This document shows positions 14,001 to 26,539 of a DNA stretch of 64,000 nucleotides, piece by piece. The stretch is from assembly GCF_009914755.1 (NCBI RefSeq), contig NC_060932.1. One strand, written 5' to 3'. The stretch is from the human T2T-CHM13v2.0 reference genome, Homo sapiens. Position 1 is the first letter of the stretch; each line of letters starts with the position of its first letter. A program made the position numbers and the translations under genes. The notes beneath the pieces are model-generated. The model worked only from the letters and a program-made list of their open reading frames with translations. It ran no database searches and was not told the DNA's origin.

Positions 14001-15284
14001 GACCAAAAAATAAAGAAATCATTATCTATGTCCTGATACTAACCTTATCCTTATTACTTTATGAGAAAGAGAGCCTGGAAAGTCAATTCAAAATATTTGT
14101 TACATGTCTACTTTATGTTGGATTGAATTAGGTCTTTGAATAAAACAGCTCTTCTTTGAACTTTATCTCCTAGAAAGGGAAATAAGATATGAACCTCCCT
14201 AAATAACTAGGCAAAATATTATAAATGCTAAAACGTACAACTACTATAAAAATGGAAAGAGAGAAAGTTTAAACTGGTTGAGGAAAACTCAGGAAAGTCA
14301 TCTTGGAGAAGGCGGCATTTGATATGTGCCTGAACAGTTGAGTCCTAATGCGTGAAGATGGCAGAGGATTGAAGAGTGCATGAGATTTGAAGGGTACTTG
14401 TAAGGAATGGAACAACCACCTCTTATTACTCTGCTTTATGGCAAAGGAGTAAGATGAAGGCAAGAGGCCTTCATAGAGCTTTCTCCCTGCAGAGAGGGGA
14501 AGAGTATAGTCCCTCATGACTCAGAATCTCTTGGTTGCTGCCATGCAGGCATCTATGGAATCACAAAAGCAAGGCCCAGGAAACTTTAAACTAACCTATG
14601 CTTCCCGCCCAGAATTCAGTCTATTTCCATATTAGTGGGTGCCTTCTGTCCATACCTATTTCTGTGTGCAATGTGTTGAGTCTTTTGAGTGGTGGCTTAA
14701 CAGCCCAGGAGAGAATTGAGCTATACTGAGGCTTCATATATGAACACAGTATGGTTCTATTCTTGAAAAGGTTTCCAGCGTCCTTTTCCAAAACTATAGA
14801 GTTGTGCTGCTCCTGTCTAGAAAGCAGCTCAGTGAACTTGACCTTGACCCTTCTGCTGTATGAACTTCTCAGAAGATTGCAGATACTTTTATTCAATAAG
14901 TCTATTCCCCCTTTTTTTGTTTAGTCAAGTAGGTAACTATTTTGTGGGTATATTTTCTAAGGTCAAATTCCTAATGATAATAGACAACCTGAAGTTGATA
15001 GTGGCCAACTCCGTGACATTGCTACTTGATAAATATACCAATCTTAGGATCTCTTCTTTTTTTTGAGTACACAAAAATCATTTTGAAATGCCTGACTTGC
15101 TAGTTTTTTGATGCCTTACATATGGAATATGCTTAATAAATTACATTTGTTATTTACTATATGTGACTCAATATATACATATGCAAGTACGTATGTGATT
15201 GTAACCCCCATTCTTTAGTCCTACTCTCTGTCAAGAATAAGAAGCTTAAAGGTCCCTATAACCAACACAGAATTCAATGGCCTC

Positions 15285-15750
15285 TGTCGTGTAAGTAATG
15301 CTGGCAGCTACAACAAGCAATCCCATCTCAGTGGCTTAACAAAACAAACATTTAGTTCTTGCTCATGTTATAGGCCAGTGGGGAACAGTTTGTGGGAGGG
15401 GTTTGGGGAGGAATATTGTGCGCCATGCAGGTATTCAGGTATCCAGACTTCTATCTACTGACCTGGCTGTGCCCTAAGGTCTCAGAGCCTTGAAGTTCTC
15501 CACTGGAACCTCTGCAACTGGTTGCCCAGACAAGGAGAGAGAGAGAGAGAGAAAGAAAGAACATGTAAATTTACAAGAGAGGTTTCTGGAAGTACCACAC
15601 ATGACTTCTGCCCAAATTCCATTGGCTAGAACAAGTTACATGTTACATGGCCCTAACTAAGTGCAAGGGGAGCCAGGAAATGTTGCCTTCCTATGTATCC
15701 AGAAGAAAAATAAAATGATTTGTTGAACATACAGCATTGTCTCTATCACA
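15285..15750 (-). mobile_element. MaLR LTR (MLT1J/K-like)
   Basis: atctcagtggcttaac...acttctgcccaaattccattggctagaac...tgcaaggggagccaggaaatg...tctctatcaca. Confidence 0.7.
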
Positions 15751-16793
15751 GCCTTTATCCCCTTCATTATTCCACTCATTTCTAGTATTTTGAAAGTTTC
15801 AAGGTCTCCCCCAACCCTCAGATGTCAAGAGGGCCTCCTAGTAGATTGATGGAGAGAGTTGGGGATACATAAAGAATGCAGTCTTCCCAACTTTACACTA
15901 CTCTCTTTTTCCTGGATCATGGCTTTCTGCAGCTGCTTCTCATTTAGTTCAGTCCAAAAACATTAATTGAAATCCCACCATGAACCAAGCACTGTTGTAG
16001 GATCTGGGGAGTCAATGATGCACAAGACAGTCTCTGCCCTCAAGATGCTGAGTCTAGTGGGGTCCTCTACTACTGTGGCATGTTCTTTCATCAACTCCAA
16101 AGGGCTTTCTCCAGTGCTTTTCCCCCTCCCAAACTTCTGGGTTCTTCAGAGAGAGGTCATACTCCCCTTCCAACTCTAGACAGCAACTCTCAGCAGAAGC
16201 CCTGCTGGTCCTTACAGGAATAGTCTGTGTTTCCAAAAACCTTCTTTGAACACCCTAGAATTAATTTTGAGGGATAAGTCTAGAAAACATAACCCAGAGC
16301 CATATTCCTGCTTATTATTAAGGTCCTCTTTAGATTATGTCCTCAAGCATGGCACACATTCACTGATGTTCTCTGGCACAAGGAAAACTCTCATCCTCTC
16401 TGAGTGGATTGGTTGTCTTAATGGTCACAGTACAGGTCATCATACACCTCTGGAGGAAGTCTGTTCTCCAGTATTGAGAAAAATTAGCAGTAGAATCAAA
16501 TTCCCCTTCACAGGGGAATTTATTCAATTGGGTCCTGGAAACAGCCATTGATATCCCATGATTCCCAAACAGAGACATGCAAATAGAATTCTACAATAGC
16601 CTGAGGTTGTATGTGTGTGTGTTCACTCACACCCCCACACACACATACATAAACACACAGATATGTGTATAAAATTAAATTTAGAAAGCCATTTTGTAGA
16701 AGAGACTGACTTAGGCCTGTTAAATAAAAGTTTAATTTAACAAAGCAACCCGGTATTTTTTTCACCAAGTTTTTAAAGCATTCAAGATGCTAA

Positions 16794-17248
<455 letters not shown>

Positions 17249-17857
17249 TGATTATAGGAAAAATTCTTAAGATATGTGTGTTTTTTTTTTTTCTGACTAC
17301 GTGGTTTCTCCTAGTGCTAAATTCTCACCATGCTTGAAATATTGTAGAGCAAAGCAGCTCTAGTTATCCTCAAGAAAAGGATCAAAGAAGGGAAAATATA
17401 TTAATGAGCACAATAATTCAAAACCTCTTAAAATGCTGTTCCCAAGTGTGCTGGGACTTTCTGGTCATGTCTCTGCGAAATGGATATTTTGGATCTTGCT
17501 TTAGCATACACAGGAAACCAATCTCCAGGCAGTTCTTCCTTATAATTTCTTTACAAGTTTCCCCTTAAAGAATTCCTAATGTACTTTCCTCAATAGTAAC
17601 ATAGATTTTTCTAGAGTTAGAAAATTATGAGAAAATAGAGTGAGCGGCTATCTCAAGTGTGTTTACTTGTCTAGTCCCCTGATATTAACTAGCTATGTAC
17701 CTCTAACACCAAGGCAACCACATTATTGATTTAATGATAAGCTGTACAGCAGTGAAATCACATTGTTTCTTCATAGACACAGAGAAAGCAGAAGCATAGC
17801 TACTGTTGTCAAGGAGGTTAAAATTTAGATGTGAACACTAAAAGTGGGAACCCCAAC

Positions 17858-17968
17858 TGGAACATAAGTTCCACGAGAGGCAGCCTTATTCACTGCTGAA
17901 TCTCTAGTGTCTTGAGTAGTATCTGGAATATGATACAGTTCTCCAGAATTATTTGTTGAACGAATGGA
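17858..17968 (+). mobile_element. L2 3' end
   Basis: taagttccacgagaggcag...attcactgctgaatctctagtg...tatttgttgaacgaatg. Confidence 0.7.
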
Positions 17969-19275
17969 GATCCAACAGCATAGAGCAATATATCACCAAG
18001 TATTAAAACTGTAAGAATGGCAGGAGTTCACTGAGAAAAGTGAAGACTTTATGAAGACAGTGGAGTTGAGCAGAGCCATAGAGCTATAGACTTCCAATAG
18101 GTGGAGGAGAGAGGAGCGGGCAAACCAGGCAAAGAGAGATGAGAGAAGTAACACAGGAGGTAATGAGCATGTTGCAGTGGGAAAGTGGGCTTGGCTCTGG
18201 TCAGAGGAATCATGCAATGGATTAATAGAATCCAGGCAGGTCAGGGATAGGGATAAGGACTTAGACATCTATCTGGTTTTGTGTCCTAGCTTCGTCATTT
18301 ATTCAATAGCTGAATAAATCACCCCTTTTAGTCTCATTTAATATCTAAATTTGAGAATAATACATAGAACATATATTTTTAAAATTCAAGAAGAATTTAT
18401 AGGTTAAAAATGGTAAACTTGAAGAGCTTTTTTAAAACATGGTATTATCATTGTTATTATTTATGACAACAGTGTTCTGGTTGACCTTTTGATTGTGGTT
18501 TTCTTAGTGGGAAAATAGCTCATATAATGGCCCCCGAATGTATGCCTGGGAAGAAATATGTTAAAAAATGAAATCTAGTGATTGATTGTTTATTGGATAA
18601 TTTCAAAATAGTACAAGGGAAAAAATTATTTTAGTACTCCTAAGTATTAGAAATAATTTTACAGTTCAATTTGTGTGATTAAATTATTGTATATTATATA
18701 CAGTCATTTCACAAAATTGTTATGCGGGAAGTAAAGATCCGTTCAGTCACTGAGTTAGCAAAGGAACTTGATTAGAATAATACTCAACCACGTTTGTATT
18801 GTCAGGAAATGTTAGAGAAAGCTTTAGTGTTGTTAATGACTCTTGGCATATATAATACTCCTCGTCCTTAAAGAACTTGACAAACATTGATTTAAGCCTC
18901 TTTTCAAATATATTCCAAAACTAAAGTCATTGTTTCTGAGTATGCCATAAAAGATAAAGTACGATTTGGTGGTTCTCACATTAAAAAAACTGTTGAAGAA
19001 GCAGAAGTGAAAACTGCATATTCATAGAGTAATGATAGTTTGGGAGATGATAGTGTTGGCTTAAAACAAATTGGGTGGTATGTTCTGCCCACAATTGATC
19101 AAATTGTGGTCAATTATATAGACAGATTCAGCAAATATATAGTATTTCTGCCGTACTATATATATATATATGATATACTATATATGTAGAAGATATACTA
19201 TCTCTCTCTCTCTCTGTTTCTCTCCTTAGAGACTCTGAGTCTAAAGCAGACATCACTAATCAATCACAGATTCTT

Positions 19276-19355
19276 TCCAACTGAGTCTTTTTTTCTTTTT
19301 TCTTTTTTTTTTTTTTTTTGCCTTTTGACCAGGAAAAGGAATCCAACTGAGTTTT
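19276..19355 (-). mobile_element. Tiny retroposed insertion (22-nt body + A tail) with TSD
   Basis: tccaactgagt at 19276-19286 and 19342-19352 flank a T tract and a 22-nt body. Confidence 0.7.
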
Positions 19356-19641
19356 GATTTGGCCATTATGTCTCTTTGAGATATAGGGCTCTAAGTAGCC
19401 AATACCAGAGATCAGAGTTGGCACAGGCAAAATGGAACCTACTTACTATCCTAGAATCAAGGATAGTTCTACGAAAGTTTCAAAGAGCCTCCCTTATCAT
19501 TAATGGCTGCAAATATATAAGGGCATATAATTAATAATACATAAATGCAGGACTTAAATGACAGTAATATCTCAATCTCCCTTCCCACGTGTTGCTTTCT
19601 TCATTCATTTGGCCCTTCATTTTTATTCATTAGATTGGTGG

Positions 19642-19669
19642 CTCTCTCTCTCTCTCTCTCTCTCTCCCT

Positions 19670-19702
<33 letters not shown>
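19642..19702. repeat. (CT)n polypyrimidine microsatellite
   Basis: ctctctct...ccctccctccctctct. Confidence 0.9.
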
Positions 19703-20289
19703 CTGATAGCTCACCTTATGTTAAGTGCTAAAGAGAAAAGATATAAGACCTGCTTGCTGCTCTGAAAGAGCATGCAATATGGTACAGTTAGGGAGATAAG
19801 ATCTAGCTGTGAGAAGCAGTCACACATCCTGCTTCTTTTTAAAATGAATGTGATTACTTGAGTTGTTTGTTTGTTTTGAAAATAAAAATGCACTCAAACT
19901 GAAAAAAAGGAAAACGGATGTATTTCTTCCTGGGTTTGCAAAGCCACTTCTGATTTCAAAGAAAGCTGCTCGATAATTTCTTACGGGCTCAACTCTGAAA
20001 GAAGCTCTTAGAAACCAAAGTACCTAATTACTAAGTCACCCCCATCCAACCATCACTACTGTTTGAGTTAAACTGCCTTTTTCCAGAAGTAGAGAGAGGA
20101 ATAGGGGAGAGGTTCTGTGATGGGAAAAGAATGAGGACCAGAGTGATTGTATATGTTGCTGTTTCTCGCTATTCAACAGGCAATTGAAGGCGGCTGCTTT
20201 ACAACATTGGCAATAGTGCCTTTTCACTTACCTTCTTTTACTCGCAGTTTCAAGGATTCAGATTTGGTGTTTTGATTAGGAACATGGTC

Positions 20290-20490
20290 CAAAAGGCCTG
20301 AGTTCAGGTATCAGCTGTGCGATTTCAGCCAAGTTCTTAACCTATCTACATGTCAGTAAAATGACATTACTGACATTTTTCATCTGTAAAATGAGATTAA
20401 AAACAGTGTCACTGAGGGAATTATGGTGCACTAAACCACCCAGCACTACACCCAGACTTTGCATGGGCTGAAAAAATCTTGTCTAGTATT
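20290..20490 (+). mobile_element. MIR
   Basis: cctgagttc...agctgtgcgatttcagccaagttcttaacct...catctgtaaaatgagattaa. Confidence 0.65.
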
Positions 20491-20513
20491 ATCACTGGTG
20501 ATGCTTAGTTGAC

Positions 20514-21003
20514 TATATTAGTTTCCTTTTGCCACTGTAAGAAATCACCACAAAGTTAAGATGACTTAAAACAACAACAACAAAAAAGTGTCTTTTTTTA
20601 CGTTCTAGAGGTCAAAAGTCAGAAATCTGCTTCACTGGGCTAAAGTTAGGGTGTTAGTAGAGATGGTTCTTTACAGAGTGTCTGAGGGGAGAATCTATTT
20701 CCTTGCCTTCTAGTGCCTTGGGGCCCCTTCTTCCATCTTCAAAGTATATCACTCCAATCATCTCTGCTTCCACCATTGCGTTGTCCTCTTCTCCAACTAC
20801 CTCCTGGTTTCCTCTTGTAGGGATCATTATGGTTACATTGGACCCACCCAGATAACTCAGGATAATCAACCATCTTAAAATCCTTAATTTAAGCACACCT
20901 GCAAAGTTCCTTTTTGCCATATAAGGAAAAGGTGACACTCACGGGCCCTAGGAATTAGGATGTGGCCAGCCATCTTTGGGGATCATTATTCAACTTAACC
21001 ACA
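20514..21003 (-). mobile_element. MaLR LTR (MLT1B/C-like)
   Basis: tattagtttcct...caccacaaa...cttaaaacaac...ttctagaggtcaaaagtc...ggggatcattattcaacttaaccaca. Confidence 0.8.
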
Positions 21004-21239
21004 TTGACTAATCAGATTATTCAACATCATTGAGACAGTCTGCTTCATAGTGCTATAACGCAGAGTGGTGACTGTGAACCTTGAGGCCATGAGGGTTTGA
21101 GATGCTAATCAAACAAATCACTTTAGAAAACTAGTATTTTTTAAACTCTAGTGTTATTTCTGTAACACCCATCTATCCTTCCACTCCTGTCTTATCTCTA
21201 CTTGCTCAGAAAGAAAGATGAAATCTGATAAAGCAGAAC

Positions 21240-21875
21240 AGAAGAGCATAATCCTAAAACTCAGATAGACCTGAGTTCATGTTCCAACTGCAACCTGATG
21301 GCTAGCTGGGTTACCTTGGGAAAATTACATGATTGCATTGGGTGCATTCCTCAAAAGCATTCCCTGAGACAAAGATTTGAGGTAGGACTTTATCTGAAAG
21401 ATGATCCCAGGAAAGATGGATGGAAAGTGAGGAAATGAGTCAGAGAATGGAAAGAAGCTAATAAACAGTATATTATCAAGCAGGTTACTCCTGTGGGCCA
21501 CTGGGTGACCTGTGGGAAGTCACAGGCAGACAGTGTAGAACATCAGAGGTATCCTAGCTGTGGAAAAGAAGCTTTCATCATTGGCTGAGGACTGATCCCT
21601 GGCACATTATCTTCCGCACTTCCAGGCTGCTCCTGAAGCAGGCTGAGAAAGCCCTGGGGAGACTGCATAGGATGGCCTACCTCTAGTGAGAAACACTGAG
21701 TGCCACACTGGTTGTAAATGGGGTACTAGAAAGGCCTCTCTGAACTTCAAGGATGATAGTACTCAGCTTGCAGGGATTTTCTGAGAATTAGGGATTTTCT
21801 GAGAATCACATGCTAAAGCACCTACTAGTATGCATGGCACATAATAATCGCTCAACAAGTGGTAGCTTCTAAATA
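21240..21875. mobile_element. MIR (+) interrupted by an MLT1I/J-like LTR (~21334-21730)
   Basis: MIR 5' half ends at ttgggaaaattac; LTR ccctgagacaaagatttgag...gatcccaggaa; MIR resumes at ctctctgaacttca. Confidence 0.6.
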
Positions 21876-22924
21876 ATGATCATATCAAAGGTTTGCCTTT
21901 GGTTTCTGCTTATGAAATTAGTTTGCACATGAGAAGATCACTCGACATTTTTGTGCCCAGTCGTTTTTTAATCTCTAAAATCAGGGAGGAGAGTAAACTA
22001 AACCATCCCAAAGTGTATTCTTAGGACTAATAATCTAAGTCGTCATGGCTTAGTTTCTCATGTCCTTTGGCACTATAATTTCGCTCTGGCTTCTATGCTG
22101 ATGATTGTAAACTGACCTCAGCTGATTTGGTCATGTATGACTCTTAGGATCTTTTTGGTAAATCATAGTAGCCTCTGATGAAGTTTTGAGGTAAGAGTTG
22201 CCTGCTCAACTGGCAACTTCACTACTAGGTTATAATGAACAGAAATTCCAGACAAATACTGTCACAATAAAACATCCATCAAGTAAACATTTATTAGCAA
22301 GTAAACACACAGTTACACACACACAATTTATATGACCTGTTTTGTAAACTTGAGCATGTGTCAGCTGTTATTTTTAGCTCCTCTGACCCCCATCTTGCAC
22401 AAAATATTCCCTGAAGGCCATCACAAAGATTCCACAGTCAGGAATTTGTCACTCTTTGGCTAGCATCAGGGATCTAGAATCCCTCAGTGTTCCTGGCTGG
22501 GCATAGGACTATTTAGAGATTTAGTCTAGGTCATCATCCCTGAGGGTGAAGTCTACAGGACTAATTGGATTCTTGTGCCCTTGTGAAGCAGGTGTGGGAA
22601 GTGTTTCTAAAATATTTCTGCCGATCCACATGTAATGAATACTTTTAATTTCACTGAGAGTCTTTTCCTAACATTCACTGGCCTACATAACAAACTACCA
22701 ATTTCATCAACAGAAAATCTGTTTCTGACTTTCAGTATGTTAATTAGCAAAGCATTGCTTGTGGGTTGAGATACAGGTAACAAAAACTTGTGGTAGCTAA
22801 TTGAAAAGACCACCCCGGCATTGTGCCTTCTTGATTAGCATGCAGACAGCTCTCGGGTTATAGCTTAACCTAAGTAATGGTCACGTGGTATCACACAGCA
22901 CATGCTGAAGTTTGGGGATTTTTT

Positions 22925-23262
22925 TAGATTATAGTAAAATAGACATAAAATTCCACTCAGCCCTTGACAACCAACATTCTACCTTCTGCCTCTGAATTTG
23001 ACAACTCTGGATACCTCATCTAAGTGGAATAATACAATATTTGTCCTTTTGTGACTGGCTTATTTCACTTAGCATAATGTCTTCAAGGTTTATCCAGGTT
23101 GTAGCATGTGTCAGAATTTCATCTCTTTTTAAGGCTAAATAATATTCCATTGTATGTGTATACCATGTTTTGTCTGGTTTTTTATTCAGCAGTGGACATT
23201 TGAGTCGTTTCTACCTTTTGGTTATTGTGAATAATGTTGCTATAAACATTGGTATACAAATA
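22925..23262 (-). mobile_element. L1MB-like 3'UTR fragment
   Basis: aagtggaataatacaatatttgtccttttgtgactggcttatttcacttagcataatgtcttcaagg. Confidence 0.85.
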
Positions 23263-24227
23263 AATGCCAAAAGCATTTTGACATAAATTACAGATATAAC
23301 AATCTGCTCCTTTTACTAGGAACCTAAGGAACATGCAAACTATTGCTTAATCCTTAGTATTGTTGCAGTTTAGTAAAACACTTGTAGCTTCTTAGTACCT
23401 TAGTATATCTAAAAGCATTGGTCACGTGGATCTTCAAAATAAGATTTTAGAAGGAAACAGTTTTAAACTCTTTATTTGTTATCATAAGCCTGATTTCATA
23501 TTTCATTCCCCAAACAGCTTTTAAAAATATCATTTACCCTATAGTCATTTAATTTCCTATACAGTACTTTCATTCTGCAAAAATCAGTTACATTTCTACA
23601 GCTATTTGGTAATTCTGCTTTGTTTCTAGGATGCAGTTGCATAAAACATTATATTCTGTGACCTCAACCTCTTCATCTGTGAATGCTGAAATGTGCCTTC
23701 ATCTTCCTTTCCATTGGGAGGTCCCGATACTTTACAGAATTTTAATAACTTCCCTCTGTAAGACCATGAATGTGGATAGTATCTGCTCTGAATTCTGATG
23801 ATGGCCACGAATGAATCAAGTGGATTACATACCAGCAGAGATTGGAGGGCTTGGATTCTGTGCAGGATGGATTGTTTGTTTCCTTAATTTATATGTGAGA
23901 ATGAATGTGTTTGTAAAATCAGGAAAACCCAGGACCAGGCACTGTTCTTACCTACAGGTATGCTGTCAGAAAGCCCCTGCCCAGACTTCTGGATATTTCC
24001 TTAACATGCTTGGAAAGAAGTGTGTTTCCTGAGTGATGAGTTCCCGGGTTCTGACCCTATCTTTGCAAGTGATAGACTGCAAGTTCTTAGAAAAGTTGAC
24101 CTTGGACTTTGATCACACATCTGTTAACACATTTTTATTGAGCACCTACTATGTGTCAGGCACTCTGCCAGGTGCTTAGGATACCTCAGTGAGGAAACAG
24201 TGCTCCCTGCTCTTGCGGCACTGCGTC

Positions 24228-24360
24228 TAGAGCTGCTCCTTGGGAGCCACTGGCCACATGTGGCTAATAAAATATGTTTAAGTTTAGGAAAATTAGGTAA
24301 AATTTAAAATTAAATTCTTCAGTTGCACTAGCCACATTTCAAGTACTAGACATCCAAATG
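24228..24360. mobile_element. MER3/MER33-like hAT-Charlie element
   Basis: agccactggccacatgtggcta...ttcttcagttgcactagccacatttcaagtact. Confidence 0.75.
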
Positions 24361-24844
24361 GAGATGTCAGGTAGAGAGTATGATGCTAAGAAAGAGGTGA
24401 AGGCTACAGAAATCATTTGAGAATCAATAGCAGGAGAGCCTTGGGCCAGATGGATCGCAAGTGAGTGAGCATAGAGAAGAGAAGAGCCCTGGCAGTTCCA
24501 TCATTAAGAGCTTGGGGATAAAGAGAGAGAATCAGCAAAGAGCCGAGAAAGAGAGGGCAGTATAGGAAGAAAACGAAAGAGAGTGGAATACTAGAAGCCA
24601 GTGAAAAAGCGTATTGGGATAGAGGGAGTGATTCTCGTGTCACATGCTGCAGGAATATAAAGTAAAATGAGGATAGAAAACAAATCATTGGATTTAATAT
24701 ATTGGTGACCTTGACAAGAACAATTCTATTAGAAGGTGAAGAGCAAAAGCCAAACAGGAAAGAACAGAAGGGAAGGAATGGGAGCTACTGACTCTAATAG
24801 CAGAAATTTGCTACAAAGGATCTTTTTTTCAAAAAGGCTTAATA

Positions 24845-25480
24845 GGTAGTGCACTAACATTTATGGGATCCAGGCCAAAATGGAGGCCTATATACAATAT
24901 TTGTAAATAGGTAAAAGTTATTTATCAAGCTAACAAACTATTAAACAAATATGTGCTTTGCATTATATTGACAAATATAACTTCATAAGAATCTGGAAAA
25001 GCAGATTCCAATTTAGAATTATTGGACTTTGGAGTTCTGTTCTATAACTTGGTGGCACAGGGAAAGGGCCTGAGGCCCACATGCCTTGGCTTCCAAACCC
25101 CAGCACCATCCCATACTCTGAAGGGTGTGCTTGTGAGGGGCCTGCATGCCCTGGCCTGCATATCCCAGCCCTGTCCACACTTCTTCAAACAACGATCCCC
25201 TGAATATCTCTTGAGTCCAGGAGTGTGTAAATCAGCAAGTCCACCCTAAGGAAGATGGACCCAGAGAAGAGGACTATGAACACCCTGTAAGGGGCTAAGG
25301 ACCATGTGGGCAGAGAATTCTGAGGTGCAGAGTACCCATGATCTAGATGGCAGGAAGCATCAGCTCTGACTAAGCACTTCTCCTTGGCCTAGCAAATGCT
25401 CACCCAGAGAGAGATGTATGGCTGGAGAAGGGCCAGAATACAGACCTTAAGGCACAGAGCCAAGGGCAGCTCTCTGAGTT
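24845..25480. mobile_element. MER45-like hAT-Tip100 element
   Basis: aaatggaggcc...aaaagttatttatcaagctaacaaact...ttgacaaatataacttcataa...atttagaatt. Confidence 0.55.
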
Positions 25481-26539
25481 GGTGGGGAAATGGGGCAAAG
25501 AAAAAGATTTTTAAGATAAGAGAAATAACATGTTTGCTCATGAGAACAATCCAGTAGAGTGGGAAATAGATGATGTGGAAAAGAAAAGGATAGCCAAAGC
25601 CATTATCTGAGTAGGCAAAAGGGAAGAGGCTGTGGTGTGCAAGTGTAGAAATGGGCTTTGGATATAAGCTTGAACAGTTCCTCTACAGCAGCAAATAAGA
25701 AGGCAGAGCATGTGGATGCTGATGCAGGTGAGGAAGTGGATGTGGTGGTGGGACGATGTGGAAGTTCCCTTCTGATTAATCAGCACATGTTTCTGGAAGA
25801 TTTCTGATTAAGAATGCCTTGCCAGTGCTGTTTCAGGTCAAAGTTGATTATTTTTGTTAATTTAATTTCTATGTAAGTCTCACTAATAATGCACTGTTTT
25901 TAAGTATATAAAGTACTAATATTCCATGTTGTATAGCTCTTTCACTGGCATAGTTTCTCCATGAGGAAACTGAGGCACAGAGAGACAAACATTTGTCAAG
26001 GGACACATAACAACTCTGCTGCCATTTTCTCCTGACTTATGATATAACAGGCAGCTCCTACTGGCCTTTTGAATGTTTTTCTTGATTTAGGAGTCTGGGG
26101 GTTCCCAAATAAGAGATTTTATTTTTAAAGACTTGATGGGATTATGTCAATTTTAAAAATCAATAAAAGAACTAGAAAGATGAATAAGAAGAATATAACT
26201 CCTTTCTTCTCATAAATTTTATTTTTAAGTGTCAAAACACGCAATTTCTTTTCAGATACTGAAACCTGTGATATTATGTGCCCTTTGCCTACTGCAATTG
26301 CTTTCTGAATAGTCAAGTGATTCAGCGATTACCTCTGTGCACCCAAATCCTACCTGATTGGAAGGAAGTCACCGGGGAGGGGATGGTGAGATGACGCACT
26401 AAAGTAAAACTCCTTGTTTGTAAAAGGTGAATAAAAACCACTTTTGTGTTACTCATAGAGACTGAATTGAGATCAACTTTAAAACATATTTTGAAGAATT
26501 TCCAGCTTCATAGAATTAAAGTGGTTAATTATAGACAAT

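Larger units (their letters stand above)
24120..25790 (-). mobile_element. L2 (reverse) interrupted by DNA transposons
   Basis: ttattgagcacctactatgtgtcaggcactctg 3' end; purine-rich reverse L2 body to ~25790. Confidence 0.7.

Noticed and set aside
19089-19109. Short inverted repeat ccacaatt-gatca-aattgtgg (similar one at ~904-934)
   Set aside because: 8-bp stems are expected by chance in 64 kb; too short for a pre-miRNA.
18460-19140. AT-rich stretch that looked coding-like (possible transposase or viral relic)
   Set aside because: The frames I translated have frequent stops and no recognisable motif; BLASTX would be needed, so no call is made.
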